This document shows positions 52,101-64,000 of a DNA stretch of 64,000 nt, in pieces; within the stretch, counting starts at the first letter, position 1; each line of letters opens with the position of its first letter. A program made the translations under genes and the position numbers. The notes under the pieces are model-generated. The model worked only from the letters and a program-made list of their open reading frames with translations, was not told the origin of the DNA and made no database searches. Source of the stretch: Monocercomonoides exilis PA203 (taxonomy: Eukaryota > Protista > Preaxostyla); assembly GCA_001643675.2 (NCBI GenBank), contig LSRY02000032.1, positions 496,001 to 560,000 of the forward strand, written 5' to 3'.

Positions 52101-53900
52101 CTTTCTTGTTGTTTGGTGGATGAAGATTTTTCAAATACGAGATGATCTGTATTTTGACAGGAAGGTTGTTCAATTTGGAAGCTTTGCAGAAGTGTTTTTC
52201 AATAAAAGCTCATTTTTGACTGTGGAAGAAGGAGATGATGACATTTCAGAAAACTTGTCATTTTCAAAAGAACAACAAAAGAAAAAGAAAAAGAAGAACA
52301 AGAAGAAAATTATGCTCCAAAAGAACATACACATTCGGAGCAAAAGCGAAGCGAAAATGCGAAGGCATTTTTCGATGCTAAATTTGAGAGCTCATTTTGC
52401 TTCTTCTTCTTCTGATCCTTATCAAAAAAACTTTCTGCTTGTTTGTTTTCTTTGTATTTCACAAGATAATCGTCAAACACAGCAAAAAAAGCGTGAAAGA
52501 AGCTTCTTCTTCTTTTCTTTCTTTAATTTCTTCTGCTTATAGAAGTGAAGTTGAAGTTCCACATCCTTCTCTGTCATCTCCAAACACTTTTGCTTCTTCT
52601 TCCTCCTCTTCTTTGCATTTTTTACAAACTCATTCCTCAAAGTCATCTCATTCAAAACCCAGCTCATCAACAACTTCCTTATCTCCTTCCTCAACAGCTG
52701 TACCAACTGCTTCATCATCTTCGTCGTCGTCATCATCATCTTTTTCTTCTTCTTCAGTCTCTCAAAATACATCTGTTTTCAAACAATCTCCTCATCCCAA
52801 CCAGCCACTTGCACAGACACACAAGAAGCGCAGCGGCCACACCCTCAAACCGATTTCTGCTGCACATACATGCTCAACTCTCTCGCAAAATGCATCTGAA
52901 ATCAAAAGGCAGAAGAAGAAGCCGGAAGCAAGTTAGAAGCGGAACTGGTCTCTTTCGTCTTCTTCAGCAAAGACTCGACTGACTATTTCGACATCTTCTC
53001 CACCACTGTGTCGGCTGTGTTGAGAGTTGCAAAAGGAGAAGCACGATGGAAGACATCGTGTTGCTGCTGCCTGTTGATGGATGTGACATAGAGAAGCTTG
53101 TGCGACGGAGAAGAGGGGATTTTGGCTCGCATACTGAAATATCCGCAGGAGCTGAGGTTTGCTGAGAAAGGAATGAAGGCACTGGAAGACAGAGAGGATG
53201 AGATCTGGGCAAGGAGGATGAGAGAAAAGGAGAAAAGGAAGAAGGAAAGAAAGAAGGAAAGAAAGAGAAAAGATGGAGAAGGAAAAGAGAGGAAGGATAG
53301 AGAAAGAAAAGAAGAAGAGGATGATAAATCCATAAATAAGCTCAATACAAACATAGAAGCAAATGATGTTGAAATTAACTCACAATCGTTGCCTTCATCT
53401 TTTCCTTCGTCATCATCATCTTTTTCTTCATATTCTTCAACAGAAAGTATTAAAGAACAGAATGTGAATGCACACACAACAAATGCAGCTGATGATGCTT
53501 TTCTTCAACCTCCTCTGAATATTCCTCCTCCTCCTCCTCTTTCCGCTCAAGCTCAATTCAATGCCTCTGCTCTCTTCTCAACTACTTCTTCCATACTCCC
53601 CTATGCACCTCCTCCAACCTTTCCTTCCTTTCCTTCCTTTCCTTTTTTTCCCCCTCCCCCTCCCCCTCCTCCTCCTCCTTCTTCTTCTTATCCTTCCTCT
53701 TCCTCTTCTTCGTATTCCCTTTTTCCACTTTCTCTTCCCCATCATCTTATTATATCTTCGCAACTCGATTCATCTTCATCTTCTCCTTTTCCTTCTTCCC
53801 CTTCTTCAATTCCCCCATATCCCCTTCTTATCTTTCTTTCTCTCAGAGCAAGGAATGACAGATTTCGAGGAGTGTCATTTCATCTGTTTCTTCCTTAACA
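49150..53900 (+). pseudogene. disrupted large host-type hypothetical gene(s)
   Basis: Host-style Glu/Lys- and Ser-rich coding blocks that switch frame repeatedly and contain internal stops (ORFs 49943, 50201, 50738, 51649, 52397, 53098). Boundaries are approximate. Confidence 0.5.
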
Positions 53901-55345
53901 CGAAAGCCTGAAAGCATCGATACGAAAGGCTGAGGAGAGAGTTGATTGTTAATGCAGCGCCGAGTGAATCAACAGTTGAGGAGCCACCAAGATGCGCCTG
54001 GAAAGATGACTCCGCCTCCTCATTTGAATGAGGCGATATTGAGTGCTCTGACATATCAAGCAGATGAGGTTGCAGCTGGCGGTGAGGGAAAATATACAAA
54101 TGGAAAAGCTTTCACTGGTGTGCTGGAAGTTGCAGGCATGCACACTCCAACAGAGCTTGTTGAGCGAGATGGTGGTGAAGATGGAACACATCACACTGAA
54201 GGAACTTTATGAATGATTTAACACAGTGAGATTAGAATAACAACGCTGAAACCTCCGATGAAGAGATCCGTGGTGATGAGATGCTCAACAAAGTTGCTGA
54301 TGCCATCGCCAAGCAGGAGCAGAGGCTGGCAGCACTGAGGACGGAGAGGTTGTCGTGAGAGAGGAAGTGGTGAGAGCATGATGAGCAGGGCAGGTGAGGG
54401 GGAAGGGAATGGACAGATATGTTGGAGAGGAAAAGGGTGCCTCGGCAAGAACAAATGAGCGAAAAGATGAGGTGGACAGACTTGTTGGCTGCGGAAAAGA
54501 GGGTGGAGAACGCAGCGATGGATCCGTCGAGGAGAGAGAAGAGGGAAGAGTGGGCAGATCCAGAGGGAGTTTTCAATTGAGCGGCAGATGTGCAACACAG
54601 TTGTGAAGATGGAATCGCAGGAGGCAAGCAGGTAGCTGACCTGGCGGGCAGAGGAGCCGGTGTCTTGGTCGACGAATATCTGGTGGACGCGGAAGAATGT
54701 GATGAAGGGGAGGAGGTCGACATCGAGGTTGGGGTCGGTGGGAGGAGTGGGAGGCGATGGAGGGGGTGAAGGAAAGGATGCGAAGTGGAGGTTGAGAATG
54801 GAGAGGGGGAGGTCGGCGCCGGCTGTGTCCAGCACAAATCCGCTGAGCTCATCGATGGTAAACACCACGCGCTCGAGGGAAAACTGTCAAATAGCGTCTG
54901 CCTCCCCCAAGAACACCCAGCTGCTCAATCCATGTGTCTGTGCCTGGCCTCGCCGCCTCCTCTGGCCTCGCTGCGATCTTTATGCATCCCCCGTCTCAGC
55001 TCCCCCATCTCCTAACACCCAATCATACACCTTCTGCACTCCACCACGCTGCTGCTCCCAGTGCACTTGATCTGTGAAAACGCTGTGCTCGCAATTTTGC
55101 ACAGTGTTTCGAACTCTCATGGCACCAGCCTCCAAGAGCTGATTGTTATCAGCCTGAAAACCATCATCTCCACTTTCAAAAGTTACTCTAACATCCTCAT
55201 TCAAGGTCGAAACTGAATTAAGCAAGACTGCAGAAGAATTCAAGCAAACTTATTCACATATCTGTCCAGCTTTCAAAGTGATTTTCGAAGAGGAAGAAAT
55301 AGCGCAAAGAAGAATATTCAAAAAATAGTTGAATGGAATGTTCAT
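53900..55345 (-). pseudogene. pseudogene of a secreted/surface-type protein
   Basis: ATG at 55345 with signal-peptide-like MNIPFNYFLNILLCAISS. One frame continues through in-frame TAA (55252-55250), TAA (54982-54980) and TGA (54889-54887), then an apparent frameshift at ~54540. Confidence 0.6.
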
Positions 55346-56135
55346 CAAACAACTTAGGCAATGCTTAAAAGAAAAACAGATGATGAAAAAAATGTATTCA
55401 TAATAGTTGTGAGCTTTTTTAGTGAAAAAAGTGAAATTTTTCTTATTTCTTTTTAATTTTTTTTGATTCTAACTTTGCAATTTTTAAAAATAACTTTGAT
55501 CAATCTATTTAAATAACTTCTTTGAAGTATTATTTATTTCCAAGCAAATATCAACTACGAATTGTTGTATATTTGATAAATATCTTGAGTTTCTATTCTC
55601 TTTTTCAATGTTTATTATTGAATATCGATTGTTTTTAACGAAAGTTTTAAGATCTTCAATATTTATATATAAATTTCTTTGTAATAACATCATAAAACTA
55701 ATTTTCATATTAAAAAATTATTGATTTCATATAGTTATTATTGTTATCATGTTGTATTAACGATTAGGCAAGTATCTTGTTCTATTTATTGAATTATCGA
55801 TATTATCTAACAATTTTTTTTATTTTTTTCAAAATTTTAACAAAAACAATTGGAAACAAATTAAAATCAACAAATAATTAATAACAATAATATATTTAAC
55901 AATATTTTCACATTATTTTACAAAAATTTTTTCTTTTCAACCCTACCCTTTATAAAAATTTTTTCTGATCAAACGTCGGAATTTTTTATGATATCAAAAA
56001 AATCACCCATTTAACGATTAATAATTCAAATAAAAAATATATTTCTCTTTCTTTTTTAAAATATTGGCAGAATAATTTTTATTAAGCTCTTTTCAACACT
56101 CTTCAAGTGACAAATATATCATTGTATTTCATTTC

Positions 56136-56168
<33 letters not shown>

Positions 56169-56332
56169 CAGAATGATAGTCAACAAAAATGATCATCATT
56201 TCAAATAAAACAAGATTCAATAATAAAAATATTCCATCCAAATTATCATGTGATATTCCTTTGAAAAACAATTTTTAAAGTTTCTAATTTTGTTATGCGA
56301 CAATGTTGATCAGGTTTTTATTTTCCAGCAAA

Positions 56333-59300
56333 ATGCAACTAATATTGATATATCTGTTAGCATTAATGAAAATTTCATTTGCAAGTTACACGAAAAATGA
56401 AGAACGCGAGGTGTATATGAGCAGTGATGGTTCAGAGAAGAGTGAATGTTCAAAAGTATCTCCTTGCAATTTTGTTGGAATTTCCAAGTTGCCATGGACG
56501 GATATGACTATTCATGTATTATCAGGAGATTATCTTGTTCACTCTCAGCTCTTCGAAAGAAAAAGGCTTTATTTCAAAGCAGAAGAACAATTAAAAACTG
56601 TTATTTTGCCTATAAAAGATGAAAAAGCGGGAATTTTTGAAAATATAGAAGGTAAATTGGTTTTAGATAATTTAGTCATCAAGAACCAAGCATTAGAAAT
56701 TGGAGCATATGGGGCAATTATTTCAATGATGAAAATTGGATATCTTAAAGTTACAAAATGCTTGTTTACATGTCACCAGAATGTTGCTTGCTTGCGACCA
56801 TTTATTAAAGCTGAAAATTGTGATATATACTTGGAAAACTTACAGATAGAGAATATGGAATCAGCAATGGGAATTGAAAGTTTCGTATTTGAAAACCCCT
56901 CTGCATTTGTGCTTGATAATTTGGTTGTAAAAAATGTTATTTGTGGTAGCACTCTATTAAAGATAAGCGATTCATCACATACTGCGAAATTAAGCAAGAT
57001 TTCTTTTAGTAAGGCGAGCTCAACAGCCTCGTGCAACAGCTTAGTGATTGTGGAAACAGTGTCATCTGTTGAAGTTGATGCCATCATATCAAACGATGAA
57101 ACGCAAATTCAACACAATATAAATAGTGCAATTTTCATGCTTTCAAGGGTTGGAACTGTGACTCTTGGAGGAGGAGAGATTATGAACTTGAAAGGAGAAG
57201 ATCATATGCGGTTTTTGTTTGGAGAGGAAGTCGAAGTTGTTGGAAGAGACTTAACAATTAGAAATGTGGAAAGCGGTGCAAGCGGGGCAGCTATGCTTGT
57301 CAGTGGTGATGGATTGCATTTGAATAATTGCCATTTCGACAAAATCAAAACAAGTTCAAGTGATGGAGCTGTTTTATGCTTAATTTCTGGCAAATGCGTG
57401 TTGGAAGATTGCACATTTACCGAATGCTCTTCAGAACGTTTGCTCTTTTCACACTGCTTCGAGAAAAATAATTATATTTGCACTTTATTCTGGATTAGAT
57501 TTATTAATTTAGATATTTTGTGATTAAACATTTATATTGAAAATCCATATTATGTTTTGTTATTTGCGTATATTTCTACAATATTATGTAATTTTTCATA
57601 CTTCATCAATTATTATTTGTGACAATCTTACACCGATTTAATCTTAATCTCAGCAACACATCCTCTTCCATGTTGCCCAGGGGCCTGCTTCTTTTCGCCT
57701 GGTTTGCTTCGTTTGACACGTTGCTCCTTCACAAAATGCACTGGCTGCGGAAGAAGTGGAGCGATTGGAGTTGATTCAAGCACAGGACAACCAGAATTGT
57801 GGAGAATGGAACAGTGTGTGATGGAGGGATGCCAAGTCAAAATGTCTCAGACCGAAGATGGAACAGAAGGTGAATATAATGCTGATGAGCGTGTTGGATG
57901 CGACTTGTTTGATAAATCTGCAACAGCTTCTTCATTTTGGCGGAGTACACAATTTGTTGACTGGACAACCGATGTGAAAGATCCTCAGCATTCAATTGCT
58001 ACACTCGAAAACGATGATGTTGATTGCGTGATAAACGGAGGATGCAACGAAAGAGATGCATTTACTGTGGATCCTACTGATCTTGGCAGAGACTTTTTTG
58101 GCTGTGGTGCAAATACTGCAACGAAGCGCGAGAACGGCAAAGGAGAAATTCAAAGAGGAAATATGCCGTCTTATTCTAACGCACAAAATGGACCTTGCAA
58201 AACTGTGATGCATGCTGTTAGATCAGCCTCACACGAGAAGACAACAACTATTTTACTGAAAAAGGGAACACACATTGTTTATTCAGTGGAAATTGCTGGG
58301 AAAAGAAAGGAAGATGCTAATAATTTGAATGATGACGTAATACAACTTTCAAGAGAAGATAAGCATTTCAGATCTTCATTTACTAAAAATCAGTCCCCTT
58401 TAAAATCTTTCAATGGAACTTTGCTTTTGGTTAATGCTGCTGATGCGCGAACTGTTGAAATCAGAGGCGAAGATGCGAAAGAAACGGTCCTTCACGACAT
58501 TTTCACCCAAAGCACGTTCGGTTTCAAGGTAAGCGATTGCGGGGTAGCAAAGCTTTCACAGTTCAAACTGGTGTTTCGTGCAGAAGGCAAAAGCGGAGGA
58601 AGCTTTTTGGTTGTTGCAGCTGACGGGACTGGAGAGATGGCTGATGTGGAGTGCGTTTATCAGCCTCCGGAGCTGTTTCCGATTGTTTGTCCAGTCATCC
58701 GCTGCTATGAAAGAGGAACATTGCGACTGGAACGAGTGAAGATGAGCGCGTTTGTGATGCTTAACGACTCCATTGTCCACTGTTTGTCTCCAAAGGAAGT
58801 GATTATCGAAGATTGCACAGCTTCAGACAACGTGCGGAAGTGGAATGGAGGATGTGTTTTGAATGTTGAATTGGAGAGACAGAAACTGGAAAAAGTTGGA
58901 GATAACGATGCTTCTACAAGTACGTTGAGTGTATCGCACTGCATTTTTAAGAATAACCGCGCAAATGAAGTGAATGGAGAAGGAGGAGCCATTCGGTTGA
59001 CCCTGAAGCCTGGACATGAGCTAACCAGATTAGAATTGTTGAAAAATAATGGTTTGCCCTTTTTGACGAATGCTTTATCTTCAATTTATACTTGAAGATA
59101 ATACATGGAATTTATTTATGAATTTCTATTAATTTTCCCATACTTTTATGAAAGAAATTTTATTTTGGAAAATTTGAAATTTTTGTATTGCTATTTTGAT
59201 TAGTTTTTTAGGGAGTTTTAAGCTTTCTGTGTAATGAGCCTTTTAATCCAATTTGATTTTTATGATGAATTCTTTGATTTTTTTCTTAATGTTTTTATTT

Positions 59301-61925
59301 CCAAATAATTATATTATAGCACAATCGTATAACTACATATTTAAAGACAATCACTTTGAAAATTGCAAAGCGTTTGTTGGAAGCGATCTGTTTATCGAAG
59401 CACCATCTCTGTCTAAAGATGTTACAATCGACCATTTTATCGAAATGTGGACATACACAAAAGATGCTTTTTCTCTTACAACTCAAACGAATTTCTATGG
59501 TCTTGACACTACACTGCATCTTTCTGCTTCTCTCTTTCCTTGTTTGTACCATCCAACAGATTCCACAGTCTATGTGAGCGAGCTGAGCGGAGACGATAAT
59601 GCGAAGGAGTCGTGCGGAAATCAGAAATTCCCCTGTTGCACTTTAAATATTGGCATTGAGCGCATGGTTGCACTTGCACCACAGGATGACTCACTAAAAA
59701 CTGTTAATGTGATTGAGAAAACGAAAGTTGAAGAGAACATTGTGTTAACATTGCCTTCAATTTGTTTGTGTGGAGTAGCAAAAACTGTTCATACGACGAA
59801 ATTCAATCGAAGTTCTATTCTTCAGTCAGCCTGTTTACCTGAGAATTCAGAGCCACCACTTTCTGATATCTCCTTTGATGGTCTTATTAAAGCAGCTGCA
59901 ACAAAAATTTCTCCAACAGCCATATTTGAAATAGCAGATGCAGAGAATTGCATGGAAATATCTTTATCGTTGCCCGCTTCATCACAAACAGAGCAGAATA
60001 ACAGCGCTGAAGGAGAAATCAAATTTAGTCATCTAAAATTCCTTCTTCCTCTTTTTGAGCAACATTTTGTGGACTCTTTCTGCAAGGTTACACGCACAGC
60101 TACTGTATCTCTAATCTTTGAACATTGTGCTTTTCAGAATGATTTGCCAAAGTTTTATCGAACAAAATTTGAAATTTCGTCTTACTCTGCAGATTTCTCT
60201 GATTTTCCCTTAGATTATTCTTTGATTGCCCTGTCATCTGCTACTACTATTCTTTCAATGATCAACGTTTCGATGAAAGATCTCACATTCTCAGCACTTT
60301 TGCCCCCAATTGAACTAAACAGCGTTTCACAGGCTTCTTTCAAAGAATTGCTTGTTCAGAGAGTGAATACAAAGGCACCGTTTATTTCATTAGGAACAAG
60401 AACTCAATTTAGAAGAGATCAAAAGTCCGAGAACGATGAACCGACCATTTCAGCTTCTTCTGCTTTGCTTAATAATTCTTCTTTCAATGGAAAGCAACAA
60501 ACAACAACGAATGACATTATTCCATTTGTCAGTATTGTTGAATGCTTCTTTGATTCTGTGAAAAACTATGATGGATCTCAAAGTGCCGTGCTCTTTATAA
60601 ACAATGAAGAGAACATAAAAGTTAAGCTAACGCTTGTGCAAGTGGCTGGTTGTGGTCTGATAAATTCAATAAAAGCAACGAACAATATGGCCCCAGCTCA
60701 ACTTATGTATTTTGCTGGATGTGATGTTGCAATGGATCGAGTGTATTTTGCAGGCGTAACCGATATCACCAATGATTATTATTACTCAACAGATTATTTT
60801 GGGGCTTTTCCTGCATCTGCTTTGGGGCATTACACAATTGATGAGAATTCTGAGTCTGATGAGACGTGGATGTGCAGCTGGAAGACTGTGGCTGCTGTGC
60901 ATGTTGAAGGCTATGGCTCGACACTTGCTGTGAACAGTTCTGTGTTCTGTGGGCACAGTGGTGGGGCATTCTCTGTTCTTGATGGTGCGAAACTGCAGCT
61001 GGAGAACGTTCTTTTTGAGGGAAACAAGGAGCTGAGGCCGAGAACAAAGTATCCATCAGCACAACGAAATGTCAAGTGCAGCGGAGATACATCAGTTGTT
61101 AATATTGTCTCATTGCCAGAAGTCATGAACGAGATAGAAGAGGAAGCTAAAGACAGACAAATGGATTTCAATCTTAAAAATAAGATGACTATTGAAGAAG
61201 CTTCAGAAATAAATAATCTTCAATGGAAACAAAATGTTGATCATTATTTCCGAACCAAGTTTCATTCGCAAAATTTAGTTGAGCCAGATTTGTCGCGTCT
61301 CTCCCTTTGGATTGATGGAAAGGAGTGCCAACTTCATGGCATTGCTGGAAAGGTTGCTTCGCCTTTGTTTGTTCCAGTGGTTGAAGCAATATCAGTTACA
61401 CAGAATCCACATTCTGGTGACAGGATTACTATAACTTTTCGAGGCAAACAGTTAATGCCTTGCAGATTGTTTTATGAATTGTTTATCGAAAAAGAAGGCC
61501 AAAATGGAACTGAGCACAACAACACAGGAGCAATTGAGGTTTCCTCTTTTGTGAATGAAAATGAAGTGACGGCTGTTGTGGACAAAAAGTTATTTGAAGC
61601 AAAACCAGCAAAAGGAAATTTCGAAAAGTTGAACCAGAAGAAAGCACAGAATGATTATGATGTTAAACCAGCTTATTCAATTGCACCTCTTTCTACTGAA
61701 AATTGGAAGGTGAGGCTGTTGTTTGGTCCAGATAAATTGGGGCAGACAGCTTCATTTTCATTGTGGCATCATTCGGAAAACCCAACTAATTCTGAGATTA
61801 GAGCTCATATTGGTTGGATGATCTCTGCAATTATTCTTGCAGTTACAACGGTTGTTTTTTTGATTGTCATGATTGCATTAATAATCACACTTTCAAGAAG
61901 AAAGTCGAGATATACAAAAATTTAG
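56333..61925 (+). CDS. large type I membrane surface protein with Cys-rich pectin-lyase-like (parallel beta-helix) repeats
   Basis: Signal peptide MQLILIYLLALMKISFA. Repeated ..C.F..C / GGA motifs and CG....PC.T units. Introns 57438-57653 and 59052-59319 are in frame. C-terminal TM followed by SRRKSRYTKI*. Confidence 0.8.
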
Positions 61926-62280
61926 AAAAAATTCTTAATTTCTTTCTTTTTTTTTTTTGTTTATTAAAGAAATAGATGAGTTTCTATTTGATGTTTTTTG
62001 TTCATTTTTCATATTTCACTGATTTATTTTTCATTATTTTTCATTATGTTATTTTTGACATTGCATTTGCAGTGTTTATTTGTTACTGTTAGATTTTTGT
62101 AATAAGTTTTACAAATCTTTATTTCAACTTCAAAGGCTTTTTATAATTTAGAATATAAATTCTAGCTTATTTTTCAAAAAAAAATTTTTTTATTTAAAAA
62201 ATTGTTAAATATTCAACTTCTCGTTAAAAAAAAGAGATTTCAGAATTAAACCATTATAATATATATGATAATTATTGAAG

Positions 62281-63012
62281 ATGACTACCGCAGCTAGAAG
62301 ACGTCTTATGAAGGATTTTAAACGCACTCAGGTGGACTCACCAGATGGAATACGGGCAGTACCATTGGACACAAACATATTGATATGGAAGGCAGTAATT
62401 TTTGGGTTTTATTATTTTTGCATTTTCCTACATATTCTCAATCTTTTTCTTAAACTTTTGCAATTTTTTAAAACACAAACAGACCAGATAATACTCCATG
62501 GGAGGGAGGTGTTTTCAAACTAATCATGCAATATAGTGAAGAATATCCAAATAAACCTCCAGTTGTCAAATTCCTAACAAAGATATTCCATCCTAATGGT
62601 AAACATTTAATTAGCATTATATATTAATTTTATTTTAACTTCTTGAAAATTTAAAAAAATTTCTTTCTTTCAATTAATTTTTTTTCAAAATTTAATAAAC
62701 ATTTCGCTTCAATAAAGTATATGCTGATGGTTCAATTTGCCTTGACATATTACAAAAGGAATGGAGTTCCATTTATGATAGCATTGCTATACTAACATCA
62801 ATACAGGTTAATTTCTTTTTGAAGTAATTAATATGTATTTTCACTCTTCTTTTATGTTTTAGTCACTTCTCACTGACCCAAATCCTGCCTCTCCAGCAAA
62901 TGCAGAAGCAGCTAAATTATTCACAGACAATCCTCGAGAATACGAGAGACGAGTAAGAGAGATTGTTGAAGAATCATGTTTGAATTTCTCATTCAAAGAC
63001 AATAAACTTTGA
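62281..63012 (+). CDS. RAD6: ubiquitin-conjugating enzyme E2 RAD6/UBC2 (exons 62281-62405, 62483-62598, 62718-62806, 62863-63012)
   Basis: [15 protein letters not shown]...[19 protein letters not shown]...[11 protein letters not shown]...[17 protein letters not shown]...SLL.DPNP.SPAN.EAA. Confidence 0.96.
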
Positions 63013-63172
63013 TTCATTCACTTATTTAATTGATTTAGGGATTGCAACTTGAGTTAATGTTAATGATTTTTTAAATAAATTTATAAAACCATTTCATTTA
63101 ATTAAAAAATATTTTTCATTTCAAAGAAATAAATAATAAATAAATGGGCCATTGTTTGATCGACAATAAAAT

Positions 63173-64000
63173 AATGAGCGACCATGCCCCAGGAGAAGCG
63201 AAAATGCATATGCAACAAATGTATTTGGAGCAAAAAAGATTAAGCTTGTCGAAAGCGAGCGCTGATGTATGTTCTTTTTAAATGCATGAAGATATTAGCA
63301 TTTTATATTATTTCTTTTTCAGTATGACCCAGAATTGAGGTGAACAAAAAATAGCATCCATTTTGAATTCTATTTATTATTTTTTATTCAGAACAGCGAA
63401 AATAGATTCTGTAAAACATGTTAGTTCTCGATTCTCTATTCCAAAAGAACGTCGAATGCCTGATCCAAAAATACTTTGTGATAGAGTTTGAAATTGATTC
63501 ATTCTATCGTCTTTTAAACATGCGAGCTGATTTATAAAATTTATAGATATATTCCCCACAATATTCATCAGTAGAACGTCATGTTCCAGGCTTATCATTA
63601 GCAAAACAACTTGCACCTGCTCCTCCACCAAAACCTTCAATTTGCGATACGTCATATAATCCTAGCATGTCTTATGTAAAGCCAAGGTATTTTTGTAATT
63701 TTCTAACATTTTCGCTTTTTGGAAATTTTTTGTTTTAACAAGATCTCCTGCTGTTTCTTTGAAAAATCGGACTGGACGCCAACCAACGAGTCAAAAAAGA
63801 GAAGATCCAGTATGTCATGTTGATGTTATTTTTATTTTACAAAACGTTTTTCCTTTCATTGTATACAAATTCAAAAACTACCATTTGTTAAGAGTTATAC
63901 TCCTTCTTACACCCAGGTACTTCCGGGTCCAACACATTCTCCAATAATAGCAAAACAAGCAGGAAGAGATCGAGCTGTGATGCCAACTCCTGCTTATGTT
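63173..64000 (+). CDS. multi-exon partial gene, possibly ODF3/SHIPPO-repeat-like flagellar protein
   Basis: Short exons with S.FSIPK.RR, YNP..SYVKP.SPAVSL..R and LPGP motifs. Runs off the window end. Confidence 0.4.

Noticed and set aside
42159-55252. In-frame TAA/TAG read as Gln (alternative code known in some oxymonads)
   Set aside because: Intact conserved genes contain no in-frame TAR and several end in TAA/TAG. The broken genes also contain TGA and frameshifts, so they are pseudogenes.
62281-63012. Functional link between RAD6 and the transposon-borne USPs
   Set aside because: RAD6 is 13 kb outside the TIRs among ordinary host genes, and proximity alone is not evidence in a eukaryote.
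1-64000. CRISPR arrays, rRNA, tRNA or telomeric repeats
   Set aside because: None recognised by eye; tRNAscan/Infernal would be needed to exclude small RNAs.

Overview
AT-rich eukaryotic protist DNA with short GT-AG introns, very tight gene packing and pervasive poly-Ser (TCT/TCA) tracts. The style suggests an oxymonad such as Monocercomonoides; this is inference only. The standard genetic code is used. Two gene-dense blocks flank a ~30 kb transposon/pseudogene island. Left block (1-26.2 kb): MCTS1, a DHDDS-type cis-prenyltransferase, a GT32/Caps_synth-like protein, TRAPPC9, an ATP6AP2-like protein, an ARM-like protein and large low-complexity hypothetical genes. Right block (56.3-64 kb): a beta-helix-type surface protein, RAD6/UBC2 and a partial ODF3/SHIPPO-like gene. 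The island holds an intact Merlin (ISXO2-like) transposon (476-bp TIRs, 8-bp TSD), a decayed hAT-like element (15-bp TIRs, 8-bp TSD), several pseudogenised host-type genes and an 8.4-kb element with 450-bp TIRs. That last element is the main find. It encodes a Sola-like DDE transposase with a USP (C19) deubiquitinase domain embedded in it, plus a divergently transcribed paralog with the same N-terminus, the same intron position and a second USP domain but no transposase core.
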